DNA of 63,538 nucleotides, filler included, from Pelomyxa schiedti (taxonomy: Eukaryota > Protista > Evosea), in assembly GCA_020536535.1 (NCBI GenBank). It is 12 parts of 12 records of this genome, joined end to end, with 100 filler letters (N's around TTAATTAATTAA, not from the genome) between each part and the next. Parts side by side here need not be neighbours in the genome. Positions count along the whole stretch, not along the records: positions 1 to 30,601 come from JAHLWZ010000283.1; 11 more parts are not named here. One strand, given 5' to 3'. The position numbers were made by a program, and so were the translations under genes. Under the pieces are notes generated by a model. That model did not search any database. It was given only the letters and a program-made list of their open reading frames with translations, and was not told where the DNA came from. Below, one piece after another: positions 1 to 14,900 of the stretch; within the stretch, counting starts at the first letter, position 1, and every line of letters starts with the position of its first letter.

Positions 1-259
1 AGGGCTTTTTCGTGGCCGGCATGGTGAACGCGAAATGAAAAAGCGAAAAAGTGAAACATCCTCCATGTGCTGGTGCCATTGTTCTTCACTTTGGACAAAA
101 CAAGTGCATGTTTGTTGTTGTTGTGTTTTGGTTGTTGTTTTTGGTGACAGTGTTTAGGGATGTTCAAACAAAAGCCATTTTTGAACAGATGTTGAACAAG
201 TAGATTATAACTACTATTGTTTGGGCTCAAACAAATGTGGCAATTGGCCGATGTGTGCA

Positions 260-2350
260 TCAAGGCAGAGGTTCAACTGAGGGATGTTGTCCTGAAGCTA
301 CTCTTTTCAGCTCTTCTTCCCACTCTTTCTGGTAGATTCGTCTGTGTGGATCAAAAAGATTGTACAAGTCCTCTCTGTCCCAGTCAAATGAGTGACCCAC
401 ATTCACCCTGTTTGAGTGACTGAGTTTGATGGTTCCATGAATTTGGTTCTTTACCTTCTGATTCCTAGTGCCGGTGACATTGCACGTTCCTCTTTCTTTC
501 TGCACTGCTGCATAATACACACGGACAACAGTGCAGTACTAAGACCCAGAATCGCACAGAAAGCACACAACGAAATACGCGGAGTGAGCACTGACGGGAG
601 TGTGCTGTATGTCCCAATGACTGAAAGCATATGCGAGGCGATGATAATGTATTCAGTGGATAAGTCTGGATGAAGTACTGACACCTCTGTGGATATGCGG
701 AAGCGGAAAATAATATGTTACGAGTGCGATGACTTTCTTGGATTGTACCTGCTGCGTACTGCGAGAGTACAGGAACTAGCCCCAGCAGTGAGAAGCCTTA
801 ATGCGGAGTTGAGATCCTGAATGACGGGGCTGTGATCTTACCTGAAATGCCATAAAAGGCTATGGCGCAGTGCATTTGAGGGGTGTAGAGCATCGCAGTG
901 AATATGGCAAATGACGCCGCTCCAAACACTGAAAGGAATAATGCAATTTTCCACGTGCCAAGTCTCCCTGTAAATATACTGCCGAGAAGTATCCCCCCTA
1001 AACCGCAACTGAAGAATACAATTGAAAAGACTGCAGACTGCCAAAATTGAATAAAGAAAGGATAAGAGAATTCAAAAGTACCTTCGATTTCATCTCCTCT
1101 GGTAGAAGCTGCTGGATGAAAATTGGGGCCGCTGTGGCTACAATACTCAGAAGGCCAGTTGCAAGTGTCAAAGCCATCCAGCAGCTATTTTGCAGCAATT
1201 CTTTAGTGCAAGTGAGTAGCCCTCGCTGCGCGTATAATGGTTAATTAAAGCTGAGAGAGTATTACAACACCCAACTGGCATCATGCTGGTAATACTGCCG
1301 ACCATTGGTTGTGGTGGTAAGGGTGGTGCAGTTCGCATGAAGAAGAGTCCAAAGGCCGGAACGGTGTTCAGCACAGCCTTCATGCACATTTCAGTAAGCA
1401 AATTGTAGCATGCCCCGAAATATGGCAACCTGGATAAGCAGAAGTGTCCAAAAGGAATCCTGAAACCAGTCTCCCAGCTTGATACCCAGAATAAGTCCCA
1501 GCTCCACTGAAGCCATTTGAGCCAATACAATCAGCGACCTTCTATGTACCGGGAACCATAGACTTGCAAGCCTCAGTGCTATTCTTTCGTTCACGAAATT
1601 CAGGGGTGCGCAGAACGACTGCCCAAATAAAACAAGCAAAAATGAGGCGTCATACTGCTGGTCTCCATCCCCTCCCAATGCTCCAGTCCATCTGAAAAGC
1701 GGGTGAATTCAGCCGATTCGCGTGAAATTCAGATTCCAATAGGGGACTAAATACCTCACCCAGCCGGCCACTACATTGCAAATACTAACAGCCAAGTACG
1801 AGACAAATATTCCACCATCTGGTACTACAATCAAAGCGAGGGTCAGAATGTTCTGCAAAATGGCTAGGGAATTAATTGCCACTACGTTCACCTGCACAAG
1901 TTAAGTACGAGGATTCCAGAGAAAAAAAAAACAAACATCACAGCCATTGACAATTGAATAGGAAAACAAGGAACTTACTCCCCAGAACTTTGCAGCCTGT
2001 GAAGTGATCACGGTGAACGTGAGGAGATTCGAGGCGTTTGTCAAAGAGATCAAACAGATGAAGAACAGCATCACGAATCGACGCGAGTATAAATTGTGGG
2101 CCTCACTCTCTTTCTGGGGAGCCTTGCTGATCTCCTCCTCACCCGTTGCAGGCTTCATTCCATGACCGGAATCTGGTGGTACTGGGACTACGACAGTCTT
2201 TGTTATATCCCCCAGAGGCTCACCCCAGGCGTCTGTGTACTCGTCCAGGATGGTGTCTAGGGTGAAGAGAACACGGCGATTATGGGAGGAAGAGGGATCA
2301 TCTGAAACAGCTGGGTGGTCTTGGGGTTCTTGCTTCGAGGGTGTTGTCAT
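260..2350 (-). CDS. MFS transporter, FLVCR/SLC49-like (multi-exon; 3' end approximate)
   Basis: Exon 1 MTTPS...LYSRRFVMLFFICLISLTNASNLLTFTVITSQAAKFWGV matches the FLVCR N-terminal helix pattern. Later hydrophobic exons include LFGQSFCAP, LASLWFPVHRRSL and ISLCAFCAILGLSTALLSV. Confidence 0.72.
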
Positions 2351-2667
2351 TGGGTTGTGGACTTGGAATGGCCACAAAATGTTCAAGATTTGTAGAAATC
2401 AATGCGGTACCGCGTCTTTTAACGCAGCGCCGCGGAACATTTCAAAACGAAATCTTTCACATTTCGTTTTGCCACTTTTTTGCGGTTTGTGATGAAGTTC
2501 TCTGATAATGCTGATTCCGAGAATGAACGAGGTTCTCAAAAGAAGTCCTTCAGAGGCTCTATGTCTGTCACACATGGTGCTCTGTGTGACCGTTGCAACA
2601 GAGTGTTCCAAAAATACAAAGCAACCAAACAGGGAATCATTCCCAAAAAGTTTTGCTTGTTTGAGAA

Positions 2668-3100
2668 TTAGGAAGGGATGGCTGCACACAATCGCTGGTG
2701 GTAGTCATAGGGGTAAGGATAAGGGGGATAAGGGGGATAAGGGTGATGAGGGTAGGGAGGATCCTCATAATCATCGACGTTGGTCTCAATCTCGGGCTTG
2801 GACGCGGTGGAAGAAGATGGTGACAGTGGCGGTGCTGGTGCTGGGGTTGGTGCCGTGGTAACAGCAGCAGTCGCTGCCCTCACTGCAGCTTCCGGCAGTG
2901 CAATAGATGCCTTTGCTCTTTGTAACTTGGCAATGCTGCCATCTTCCAGTCTATGTCTTCACAAAACTTTGGACACTGCTTAGTATTTGCGATTGAGGTG
3001 ATCCATCTAACTGAGGTGGTTGATTTCTTTGAACAGCAAAATTTGCAATAGGCAGGCTACGATGGCGCGAAACAGGCGAACAAGGAACAGATACCAGATA
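2668..3100 (-). CDS. Possible terminal exon(s) of a hypothetical Pro/Tyr-rich protein
   Basis: Open frame ...AVTTAPTPAPAPP...DDYEDPPYPHHPYPPYPPYPYPYDYHQ; no recognisable domain; 5' exons not resolved. Confidence 0.25.
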
Positions 3101-4886
3101 GATATGTTGTGTTGGAGCGGAATGCTCGGCTGAGGAAATACACAACACGACTATACTATATAAAATCCATAATATACAATGGTTTTTTTTTCTTTTTATA
3201 TTAAAAAAAAACAAGGGCCAAGAGATCGGCAGAGAGGGCAGGGGGTCCCAACGAACAGGCAAAACCCCTCGAGTTGGGGTTGTTGGGACAAGAACAGCAA
3301 ACAAAACAAACAAAACAAAAAGCAACTTGCTTGGGGGCCCTGCTTGGGCTTGTTGGTTTTGGTGGCGGGCTGGTTGGGGGCTCCCGCCCAAGCTGTCGGC
3401 GGCGGCGACCGTGGCTTGGAGCTGAGCCCGCTCTGAGGCGGCCCGACTTCCCCCTCAGGACGGGGCTGGCCCTCGTGGAGACTGACTGACGGCGAGGACG
3501 CTTGAACCACACCTTGACTGCAGCTGGTGGGTGGGCCAACGGAGGGCGGAGGGCAGAAAAGAGGAGGGTGTTGGGATCTGTGGGGGGTGGAAGGTTTATG
3601 CTGCAAGCTGGCGACTTGGGAACGAACGGAAGGAGAGGGAGGGCATGGCGGCGCCACACCGAGCACTAAGCGGCCGCCTGCCCTGGCGCCCCCAACGCCC
3701 CGCGCCTCTCCGCGCGTCCGAAGACGACGACGGCGAGGAGGGGAGCTGAGAGGGCGGACGGGCGGCGGGACCACGCGGGCGTCCCCGCTCCGAGCGCCGC
3801 GGCTAATCAGGTGTGTTGGCGCCGCGCCCCCCTGTCGGCGGGGCGGACGTGGCAGGCGTGCCGCGCCTCCCCACTAGTGCAGTCCTCCCAGCCTCAGCGG
3901 CTGCTGTGGCTGGCCAATGCCGACGGACGCAGAAGATCTGCTCTTCCATTTTTTGAACCCGAAAAATCCACCGGGAAGTTCCCTCGCAACATTGGTATTG
4001 TCTCCTCACTGGACCTCACTGCATCGAGCCCCAAGGTCTCAGCGTTGGACAAAGAAAACAGATGGCTGAATAAAAAAAAACACCAGACCGCCGAAACTGA
4101 GCGACGATTTTCGGACCGAAAATGACATCGTTCCGGTCCGTTGATTATTTTATTCAGCCATTTGGTGATTACCTCCCCTGAACTCAGGCCAAATGAGCTG
4201 ATTTCTCCTGCTATTTGTGGGCTATGTGTTTTACAACGAGTTGACCCTTTGCCGCGGGCTAAGAGGCTTGAAGGTTGTTCGACTGAAAATCAAAGTATTT
4301 TTTTTTCCTTTGGGCCCAAACATCGGAACCACAGGGCCTCCGTGCCCAGATGTGCGTCCATACGATGTGTCACACCGTGGGTAGGACTGTTGGCGCGAGC
4401 AGGGACGTCGAGGGTCACTTGTGGCCGAGAAAACCAATGAGGGAGGTACAGGTGTTTTGTAACTTTAATATGTGAGAATGGACCGTTGATTACTTCGCGG
4501 AAGGTCTTCTGATTTGGATCTCTGGGAAACAAACTCAGAGTGTGACTCAGCCTAGAACTACACCAGCCACCAACATAACAAAGGAGTTAAATAAAAAACC
4601 TTAACCTTGTTCCTTTCTATTCTTGTGTTTACATTGATGGGCGACAAGGGTATCAATCCCACAAATACCACCCAAATAACGCATAATCCACAGTCACCAC
4701 AGGGTGGATTACTCTCACTATGCACTGTACTACACTGTCTAGTGACGATATTCCTCCTTTTCGAGGTCCGTCCCAGTTCGCTCTATCCTCTCAGTGGTCT
4801 ATTTTTAGGTTTGTCAGAATTCGGCCGATCAATTGAGTTGTCTCTCATGCTGCAAGTCCCTGCTGAGAACTGAGATTTAAAACAAC

Positions 4887-5369
4887 TGATTCTACCCACG
4901 CACAGGTGGTACACAGAGTTGAGGCTGCACGCAAGTCATATTCTGGTGTAATAAAAAGGAATGAAGTGGTTCCATCATTTCATTTGTACTTCAAGCAGAA
5001 GCAATACGACACTTGAGGAGGGTAGTTGGCAACTTGTGCCAAGGAAAACAAAACAGAAACGCAAGAAAAAACAAGGGTGACAAGAACAGTAATTTATTAT
5101 TTTTTTCTGTGCCAACAACCAAAGGCGGCCAAAGCTTCAAGGGCAACGGGAAGGAGTGTGTCTTGGCAGGTAATAGGGTTTCCTTTTCCCCCTAGCTCTA
5201 TCTGTTCAAGTTGGCCAAACCAGTGGCACAACCCGAAACCAGAGGAAGGGGGATAGAGCCCTGTGCTTACCACATTCAACAAGACTCCTAGCACTTCCCG
5301 TACAGCTGCCCAATGAAGCTCTGTGGTCCGTATCTTTTCCGGTTGTTGTCTGAAGTGTTTTGTGTGTTT
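4887..5369. repeat. Actin 3' flank duplicated at 26961-27609
   Basis: Near-identical text from tgattctaccca to the actin stop. This copy lacks roughly 50-bp and 120-bp blocks present in the 27 kb copy. Confidence 0.9.
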
Positions 5370-6578
<1,209 letters not shown>

Positions 6579-6658
6579 TTATTTTTTTTTGTTTGATGTT
6601 GTTTGATGTTGTTTGCTCTCTTCTGTCGCTTGTTTATTTAAAAGTTCTTCCGTTCGGG

Positions 6659-6668
6659 CCTTAAATGG
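6659..6668. promoter_or_regulatory. CArG box (CCTTAAATGG) upstream of actin 1
   Basis: Perfect CC(A/T)6GG 84-93 nt upstream of the ATG, with an AT-rich TATA-like stretch between it and the gene. Confidence 0.5.
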
Positions 6669-6764
6669 CCCTCTGTCTAAAAAAAGAGCAATTGTGAAAG
6701 GACAGTTCTTCTCGCGAAATGGTGCTGTAGAACGGTCCGGCGAAAATTTTTGATTAAAACGGGG

Positions 6765-9087
6765 TCAGTGGTCCAATAGTTCACCAAGTTCTTCTTCTGT
6801 GACTCCTTCTATGGGAGAGTGATCTTCGTCCTCCTCGTCACTGTTACCATCGGTTCCGCTTGAATTCCCTTCATACTGGCCTTGCTCAGCATTGCTGTCA
6901 CTGTCCTCTTTCTCTTCTTGGGCACTGTCTTCATCAGAGCCTTGCTCGGCTTGGTCGGGTGGCGGTTTGGGTTTTGGTGCCGTGACTGGTGCTGGGACGG
7001 TTTCAGGAGCGGGTGTGAGAAGTTTTCCGGTGCACCAGTGGTGTGCTGGTTCGGGTACGCGCCGCCTCTTGCTCTCCGGTTCTAGACTGTTGTTTTATGG
7101 TTATGAAGTGGAAAGACTCAACTTTAACGTACTTGGTGGTGGGAGCAGTTATTCCTGCTCGAATAAATCGCTGTGGGAAAACTGGAAGGTTCTCCAAAGG
7201 AAATTCTTGCTCGCGCGGTTTAAGCCATCTTTTAAAGGCTTCACGCAACCTGTGGTAGGGGTAAGGAATCAAAAAAAAAAAAAAAACTCTAGTGGGGTAC
7301 CATTCCACATGAACAAGGTAGACGGGTTCATCCAGTGCAGTTGTTACTTTATCTGTGCCACTCCGTGCGGCAATGACGTGGGTAACATTACGTGCCGTTG
7401 CTAAACGGTGAGTGCTTGGTCTTGTTTCTTCTATTTATACTTGTAGTTCAAAAGCTTACTGTCAAAAGATGTGCAACACTTTGCCCCACATGACTCTGCT
7501 TGTGTCCACAATGGATGCCTTTTTGGGTATGAAAAAACCTTGGAAGACGTGCAACATACATTATTGGGTCTGGGTAGTCAAGGGGTATTACTCCACTGAA
7601 TACTATGCACACATCCTCTAGTACCCGCTTTCTTAATTGGTCAATGATTGTCTATGAATGAAAGGTGAGAAAATAAGAATCCTTGAGGTGACAATATACT
7701 CGGACATCCCGAGGTCCTGGCTTGGAATAAAATGAGTGATGTATCCTATTCAACTTGGTAAGCATGTGTGAAAGGTGATCATCTTTAATAGCATCTGGAT
7801 TGGGAGCTAGAGCATCAGGTGGTAATGCACTACCAAATGGATCGGTAGGCTCTGGAAAGTATGTAACTAATTATGAGATTAAAAACTGGAAAGGGTGCTG
7901 TGATTTTAAACAAACATTTCTCAATCTGGAGGAGGTTAGGAGAGTTTTTCCACACGTCAGGTGTGTCATCAACTACAACTACCATACTGTCATCCCCCAT
8001 TGAGGGGAAAAACTGTTTCAATAGCTTCAGTTGCCCTAAATCCAAGTGTTATCTCTCAGGGAAAAAAAAAAAAAAAGACGAACCTTCCTCTGCAAATGTC
8101 TCAGGGGTGTCATCCTTGGAGATTATTCTGTGCTTAAACGTTTTGTGCTTGGGATCAATGTGCTCACATATCTACACAAAAACCTTTAATTTGATGGGAG
8201 TTTCCGGAAAACAAACTTTAAGAGCATAAGATCTAATTCCCATTGTATAAAGATAAACTTCATACAGTTTCCTGGCACTCTTCAAAAAATCCTTTAGTCC
8301 AGGCCTGCAGGGAAAAGTTTTTTTTTGTAAAAAGGGAACCATAAATATTTGCATACCTTTGTTTTACAGAGTACTTCACCCGGGGTTGCTCAGGTAGAGT
8401 AAAAGAGAAACACCCATCACCTTCAAATGGGACACCCATTGTAGCGTGAATCAAAGTCTGGTCCAAGTCACAAACCTGAAATTGGGTCAGTGCCACAAAC
8501 CAACAAATTCTTAAATTGGGGAAAAGGAACCAATTCGACAAAAAAAAAAGGAAAAAGAGAGATGAGGCCTTCATTAGGAAAAAGACACTCACCAAAGCCA
8601 GCCTGCCCTCGGTCAACATGCTATGTGTTGTATCTGTCTTGAGCCTGTTCGCCACTCTCGCGGGGACCGACAACCCATTTGGTAGTGAGACCCTGTCTCT
8701 CACCTGGGCTCCCGACATTACATTGCTCAGTCCCAGGCCGAACCCCACGCTTGGGGTCGCTTCTACCACTGTCCCACACGCGCAACATATTCCGTCGAAT
8801 ATCACACCGTCGTGAGCGCATTTTACTGCAGCGGCACTACCCCGCCCAGCACTCGTCGTCGGTGGTGACGAAGGTTTTCTGACGACGACGCGCCTGCCGT
8901 TAGTTGTTGTTTTTGACGCAGTGGAAGAAGTAGTTGTGGTGTTAGTTGTTGTAGCAGTGGATGTGGCCGCGGCGGCTTTTAAGGGCGCAGTCGGCGGTTT
9001 CCGAGGGGCCGCAGTCGACGAAGGAGACGGTGAGGACGTGGACTTGCTGTTGTCGGCATCCGGTATCGCTTTGGGCGGCCCGCTCAT
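6765..9087 (-). CDS. FCP1: RNA polymerase II CTD phosphatase FCP1/CTDP1 (multi-exon)
   Basis: CAHDGVIFDGICCACG, catalytic DLDQTLIHAT, RPGLKDFL...LYTMG..SYA and VVVVDDTPDVW motifs, then BRCT-like exons and an acidic tail. Confidence 0.93.
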
Positions 9088-9270
9088 TCTCAGTATTGTC
9101 GCTGCTCATGGTTGAGAGGCCAAGTTGGGTACAAAATTCTGGAAGGACTGCGAAGTGGTGGGGTTCCCCCACCAACACAACCGCGATTAACGCAAGACAA
9201 ATGCTTCATGAGGACACCCTGCCTGAGAGGAGCAATACCTGTGTAGTTCAAGGAAAATGAACTACGTTGG

Positions 9271-9846
9271 TTGATGGACTGGAGGGAGGCAACGGCCTCG
9301 GTGTGGGGTCACAGGGTAACTCGCGGTGGTGTCGTTTTGTTCTATAGCTGCAAGTCCATTCCGGCCAGTTCCGACGGCGGCGATGACGCCCTTCCCATAA
9401 CGCCGCTCCCGCGCCGCGGGGACGTAGTGGAGTTCGTGTCCGCGGACGGCACTCTCGTCGCGTCCTACACCCCAGTCGCGGACCCCTCCGACGACTCCTC
9501 AGAGGTCAAGACCTGGGATGGCTTTTTCAGGGTCAAGATGGCTCCCTGCTCCGACCCATCATCGCCTTCCACGCGCAGTCGCTGTCGCGGTAGCGGACGC
9601 GGAGGCGGGCGTGGTTGCCCCTCGCGCAGTTCCGCGAATGGGCCGTACCCCACCAAGCGGTGGCCTCAGTACCTCGACATGGTGCACGACACCAAGACAA
9701 ACAGAGTTGTGATATGCTCCAGGGCTCTCAACATATGTTCCAGGCTGTGGGACAAAGCATCTATTCCACATTCCGATTCTAGTTCGGACTCTGACTCTTC
9801 CGGGGCACCCAGTCCCGAGTCTGAGGCGTCTTCGGAAGAATCCTGA
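9271..9846 (+). CDS. Hypothetical protein, divergent from FCP1
   Basis: GC-rich 191-aa ORF with protein-like composition; no recognised domain. Confidence 0.45.
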   Translation: MMDWREATASVWGHRVTRGGVVLFYSCKSIPASSDGGDDALPITPLPRRGDVVEFVSADGTLVASYTPVADPSDDSSEVKTWDGFFRVKMAPCSDPSSPSTRSRCRGSGRGGGRGCPSRSSANGPYPTKRWPQYLDMVHDTKTNRVVICSRALNICSRLWDKASIPHSDSSSDSDSSGAPSPESEASSEES

Positions 9847-9949
9847 GCAAGAGAGGGTTCTTCTTTTTTTTTTACAAAATAGAGTCGGGATAAGGGAAAA
9901 TAAGAACGGAATATTTTTTTTAAAACAAGGCAAGGAATGGCCTATAGGT

Positions 9950-11675
9950 TTATGCCATCTTCCCAAAATCACAGTCAAAGACTGAATAAACAAACGGTAA
10001 GAATTCCTCTCTTGCCTCGGGTGTGTCGTCTTTATCCTTTGCTAGCATCTTGCTGTCACCAAGGTACTCGAACATGCGGGCCATAGCGGTGAGGGTTTTT
10101 TTCTCATCCCGTTTGGGCTTGAGCAGGCGTTAGGGAGCAGGGACACAAAAGGGCTTGTTACACACCTTGCAGATCACAGTCAAAAAGTTTGGAGGTAAAC
10201 CATAACGCAAAACAGACTCTACAAAAGTTCGTATAACCTTGAGGTGCACCCAGGCAATGAATGACTCGGCAAAGTTCACGATGCACCATCTCATCAACGC
10301 TTTCTACACGGCGTGACACGGCTATAACAAATATAGTGGGTACCTTTTGGTTAGTAAGCTCCTCAAGTTTTTTGGTGCGTGATTGCTTGTAGGTATCAGA
10401 AAGTTGATCACGTGAGAAGTCACGGACAGTGAACCTGGATGTAAAAAGTGAACAACTTGGTACTCTCAAGAGGCAAATATACCTCCTTTCTCTGGCCAAA
10501 TTCTTAAAATCTTCCGTGGATCTCTTAAAGAGAATGACAGTGTATAGCCCATATTCAGAATCCTCAGCCAGAAGCCTAACCAAGAAGTAAATTAATCATT
10601 GGTTTGAGTTCACAAATTGGATTACTCAGAGGATCCAGGCACTACAAATTCAGTCAATCCCTCGTAGGAAGCAAACCAGTCTTTATATGCAACCCTGTTC
10701 CAAACGTAAGGTCACGGTACAAAAGGCAGATAAAAACTTGGGGACTGCAACAATGAGAGTGGTTAAATTTTCCGACTCTACGAAGCGTTGTGGGGTTACA
10801 ATTTCAGAGAGGTTCTTTGTGACAAGAGAAGTTCTGTGGCATGTTGGGCTGAGAATTGGGATTTGAAAACTTACCCTTCTTTTCGTTGTTCAGCAGCAAT
10901 GTCTCTGGCAATGTTGTTATAAGAGGTTGTCTTGGTTCTCAATTCTTCATCGAGTCGGGAGATGTGCTATAGGCAACTTCAGAACTACGCAAGTGGGTTT
11001 TTACTTAGCCTAAACCTGTGAAATTCTTGCTGTTGTCTCTTTTAGTGGTGCCTTGGGAGAATACTTGGCATCTTCCCACTGGAACTGAGTGAGGTATGCC
11101 TCAGGTGTCTCTACAAAACCAAAAAAAAAAAAAGAGGGAAAAACCATCAGAACCCTTATCACGTCAAGAGGAAGTAAATGAATAAAAGTGCCCAAAACGG
11201 GGCAGTGCCCCTTCCCGCTTTATAATTCAACACAATTCAGCCAAAGAAGTAGGTAAGACGTACGCCCGCGAATGAGCAAATCCACAGGAAGAGCAACAGG
11301 CTTCACGTCAGCCTTGGCGTCGGGCTTCCCGTCGCCCTTCGCGTCCGCCTGCTGCGAAATCCTCAATTCCTCGTACTGCTGGGCAATCCTCCTGGTCGCG
11401 GTCTCGGCGAAAGTCTCGAGCCTCTGCAGCTCGTCGCTAAGCAGCATCAGCGTGTCCTGCGTCCCCACGTTGAGTGGCGGCACGTCGAACTGGAAACACG
11501 TCGCCAGATCTCTCAGTCCCGTCTGGACCTGGGGCACCTGAGAGATCGCCCCCTCCACCCCCTTGGGCACCGACGACAGAATAAACAACTGGCGGCCGAC
11601 GGATCTCGGCGGTGCCGCGGCCGACGACGTCGCTGCTGACGCTGGCGACGATGTTGCGTTCGATGTGCTGCTCAT
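9950..11675 (-). CDS. ATP6V1C: V-type ATPase V1 subunit C (multi-exon)
   Basis: [76 protein letters not shown]-terminal EFLPFVY. Confidence 0.95.
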
Positions 11676-11935
11676 CTACCCCGCGCTGCGCACTTGCTGT
11701 TTTCTTGTGTGTGTGCGTGTACTTGTTGTTTTTTGTATTGTTGTTGTGTGCTTGCTTTTTTCCTTCCGCGTCGGCGTCGCGATGCCTCTAGATAGAGCGC
11801 AGAAAAGAATTCGAAAGAAAAAAATAGAAAAAAAGAATTGCAACTGTTTGATTTCCTTCCTTCTTTTTTTTTTCTTTTGTGATGGGTTTCGTGGAGGGTG
11901 CAGGCTTGTTGTGGTTTTTTTTTTCTTGGGTTTTC

Positions 11936-14900
11936 TTAACTTAATGGGGGGAAATATACGGGCATAAGGGCTTTGTAAAGTTTCTTGTCCTTGGGAAGAT
12001 ACACACAGAATACAATTCGAGTAAACTGAAGTGGTTATGATGATCAAAGAAAAGTGGGGAGCAAACATTGTGTGAATTGGATTCCAACCACGAGCGGGTG
12101 GTTTTAAGTGCAACTTTGGCAGCTTTCTTGTTTGGATAACCATATATGCCTGTGGAGATACAACAAAAAGCCTTTTCGAAGGGAATTAAATTAGACTGAG
12201 GGGATGGCAAAAAAAAAAGAGAAACCAAAGTGTCGTAGTTAGCATTTTTTGCTAGTTCGAGGCAAGATGTGTAACAGTGTGCCAAAACCGGTTCGTCCTC
12301 ACCAATTGGCCCAACAGTGTGAATCTATGGATACTTACAAACGGTCACATTTGATAGAGCAGATGTCCACATACTATGTAGCGTGCTTGAAGATTATACC
12401 CTCTTGTGACAACAGCATTTCCTGGGTCACATCCCTGCAGTTGAAGGCACGCTTTGTGAAGCCTTGGTCCCGCGGCCTTGTGTATGGCTCCGTCAACTTA
12501 TGGAAGTTAGGTGGAAGTTACTGTAGGTTGTGAAAAATGGGAGCCAACTTCCGCCACCCCCCATGAGGGAGGCTTTTGCCGCATTCACAATTGCATCAAC
12601 TTGTAGAGTGGTGATATCTCCCCTATATTGATTTGGTGACGTTTGTTGTTGCAAGAGCGTTAAACAAACCGCCATAGTGAAACAATACTATTAAGTGCAC
12701 CATTAAACGGTGCTTTAGGTGTGAGGTACTTCCTTGTTTTCTACTCTTTGTGACTGAAATACAAATTAAATTTCTCAACCTTTGATAGCCATTTATCCCA
12801 GGATAGAATTGAAGTCAACGTTGCTATTTCCTTTGGCTTTGATGAACTCTCCTGCTAAAATTGTTAGGGTTCACATTGGCACAAAAACCTACATCCACTT
12901 CAGTAGCAGTGACAGCCGCAGCTGAGGTGGATGCAGGCGGGTTGGCATTAGCAGAAGCCAATTCGCCCTCATTGAGCTGCCTTGTAGCTGAGCTTTCAAG
13001 CTCACCAACCGGTGATTTATTTATTGTAGTTGAATTTGAACATGCATCAACAAGGCCATTTGCTGGAGTGCATGAAGGATCGAAGTCCTGGGTAAGTGTA
13101 CCACAACTGGAGCTGGTGGTATTCTTCAAGTACTAAATCACATTATACAAGAGTGTATCCAGGAAGCCTTATACCTGTAGGTAATCTTCATCTTCTTGAG
13201 TCTCTTCACCGCTATCTTCTTTAATCTCAGACTTTGGGGAAGTGAGGAATGGAGACGGTGGCGTTGAACAGAAAGGTGAGGGTGGTGTTGAGTGGAAAGG
13301 GGATTTGTGATCGTCAAGATATTGAAGAAGACCTTGAGTGAATCAGTCAAGGAAACTTAAAATAGCTTTTACTGTCGTCTTTTTCTGTCTCCTCTCCAGA
13401 ATCGGAACCACACATCAACTGCAATACAGAGTCTTCCTCTGTTAAATCCCCATCTGAATCATCCACCTTCTCCGCCATACGTTGCAAGTCGGCATCTTCT
13501 TCTGTTGTATCACCGTCATCATGACCAAGTTGTTGATTATCATTTCCACTTCCTTGCCAGGGCATGCTTGAGACAGGTGGTAATGCATGTGAATTTACAA
13601 TGTTCTTGAGTGGGATTAATGAGTGTGAGATGGCTATAAGACTGAAGAAGAATACTTTTTTGTTCGTGTGCACACGCGCAGCAAGCTTCTTCTCTTCTAC
13701 CATCTTTAATTGGACTTTAGTGGCTTGCATAAGTTGTTCTTGTTCCTCAGGCTTCACTGGTACCTATAGTAATCCATATTATATTCCATCTCCTTACTTT
13801 CCTTCCGTACCATACAAGCAGGCGGTCCTGTCCGTTTGACGTAGCGCTTGCGTTCATCATCGTCATAACGTCTCTGTAAACCGTGGGCAAAGTCGATGTA
13901 TCTGAGAATAGTAATGTTAAAAAAAAGGGGAAAAAAGGTTTAAGGGAATACCTCTCTGCATCCACCTCAACAATAGATGCATGTTTGATAAACGCCTCTT
14001 CAATTTTGTTTGATACCTTGGACGGATATGCTTGCCACCTGGAAACATAACTCAATACAAGAACACCATAAGGGAAGGATATACATCTTTCCCTGTTCTC
14101 CAAGCCAAAATTGCCAAATAGGTGTTGCACTTACATTGGAGCTGACTATTTTATTTTTCTGTGGACTTGGAGTACTATAAACTGCTCTGAGGGGAAGAAA
14201 TGCTCTGGAAATGTTAGCAATAGAAGCATTAATCATACATACTGAGGAGAATCTGTTCTGGGGTGCACCACACTTGCCATTCCCTTAGCTGTCGTGTTAT
14301 GTGATGGCGTTGAAGTGGGTGTGTTGACTGTGGGAGATGTGGTTGCTGAAGAAGAGACTTCTCTCTTGACTCCTCGCCTCTTCTGAGGATCGTCGTACCT
14401 TGCCTGTTGCATTCTTCTAAGATCTACAAATCGTTGCCCATCCACAGAAATCTTGGTGTAGATTTGATCTTGAATTCATTTTTGTGTAGTTGTGACCTTC
14501 TCTTGATTAGTGGCGCGAGCTGCTTCTAATTTTTGAGAAATTTCTTGAGAATACTGAATCCACTTCATTTTGTCATCCAACCAAAACCATTGGAAGGGGT
14601 CAGTTTTCTGAAGTAAATGTTTCAAGGGGAATATGAAAAAGAGTGATACCCACTTGTGCATCCGTAGGTTTAATAGGATTAGTGTTGCAATTGGTTGTAC
14701 TTTTACCAGTGCTTGCACTATGGGAGGACAAGGCAGGGGTTTTAGGAGTTGAAACGGTTTTTGGTGGAATCATAGATATCCCTAAAAAAAAAGTATAACA
14801 AAATAAAAGAAGCTTGGTTGCACACTTACCATCAGTGTCATCATCCTAAGAAAAAAAAAAAAAAGTAAGGTGGAGAAAAAACGAAAAAAGACACACATCC

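Noticed and set aside
3196-4125. Several overlapping GC-rich ORFs as genes
   Set aside because: No domain signal, and ORFs are open in many frames because of high GC; left unresolved.
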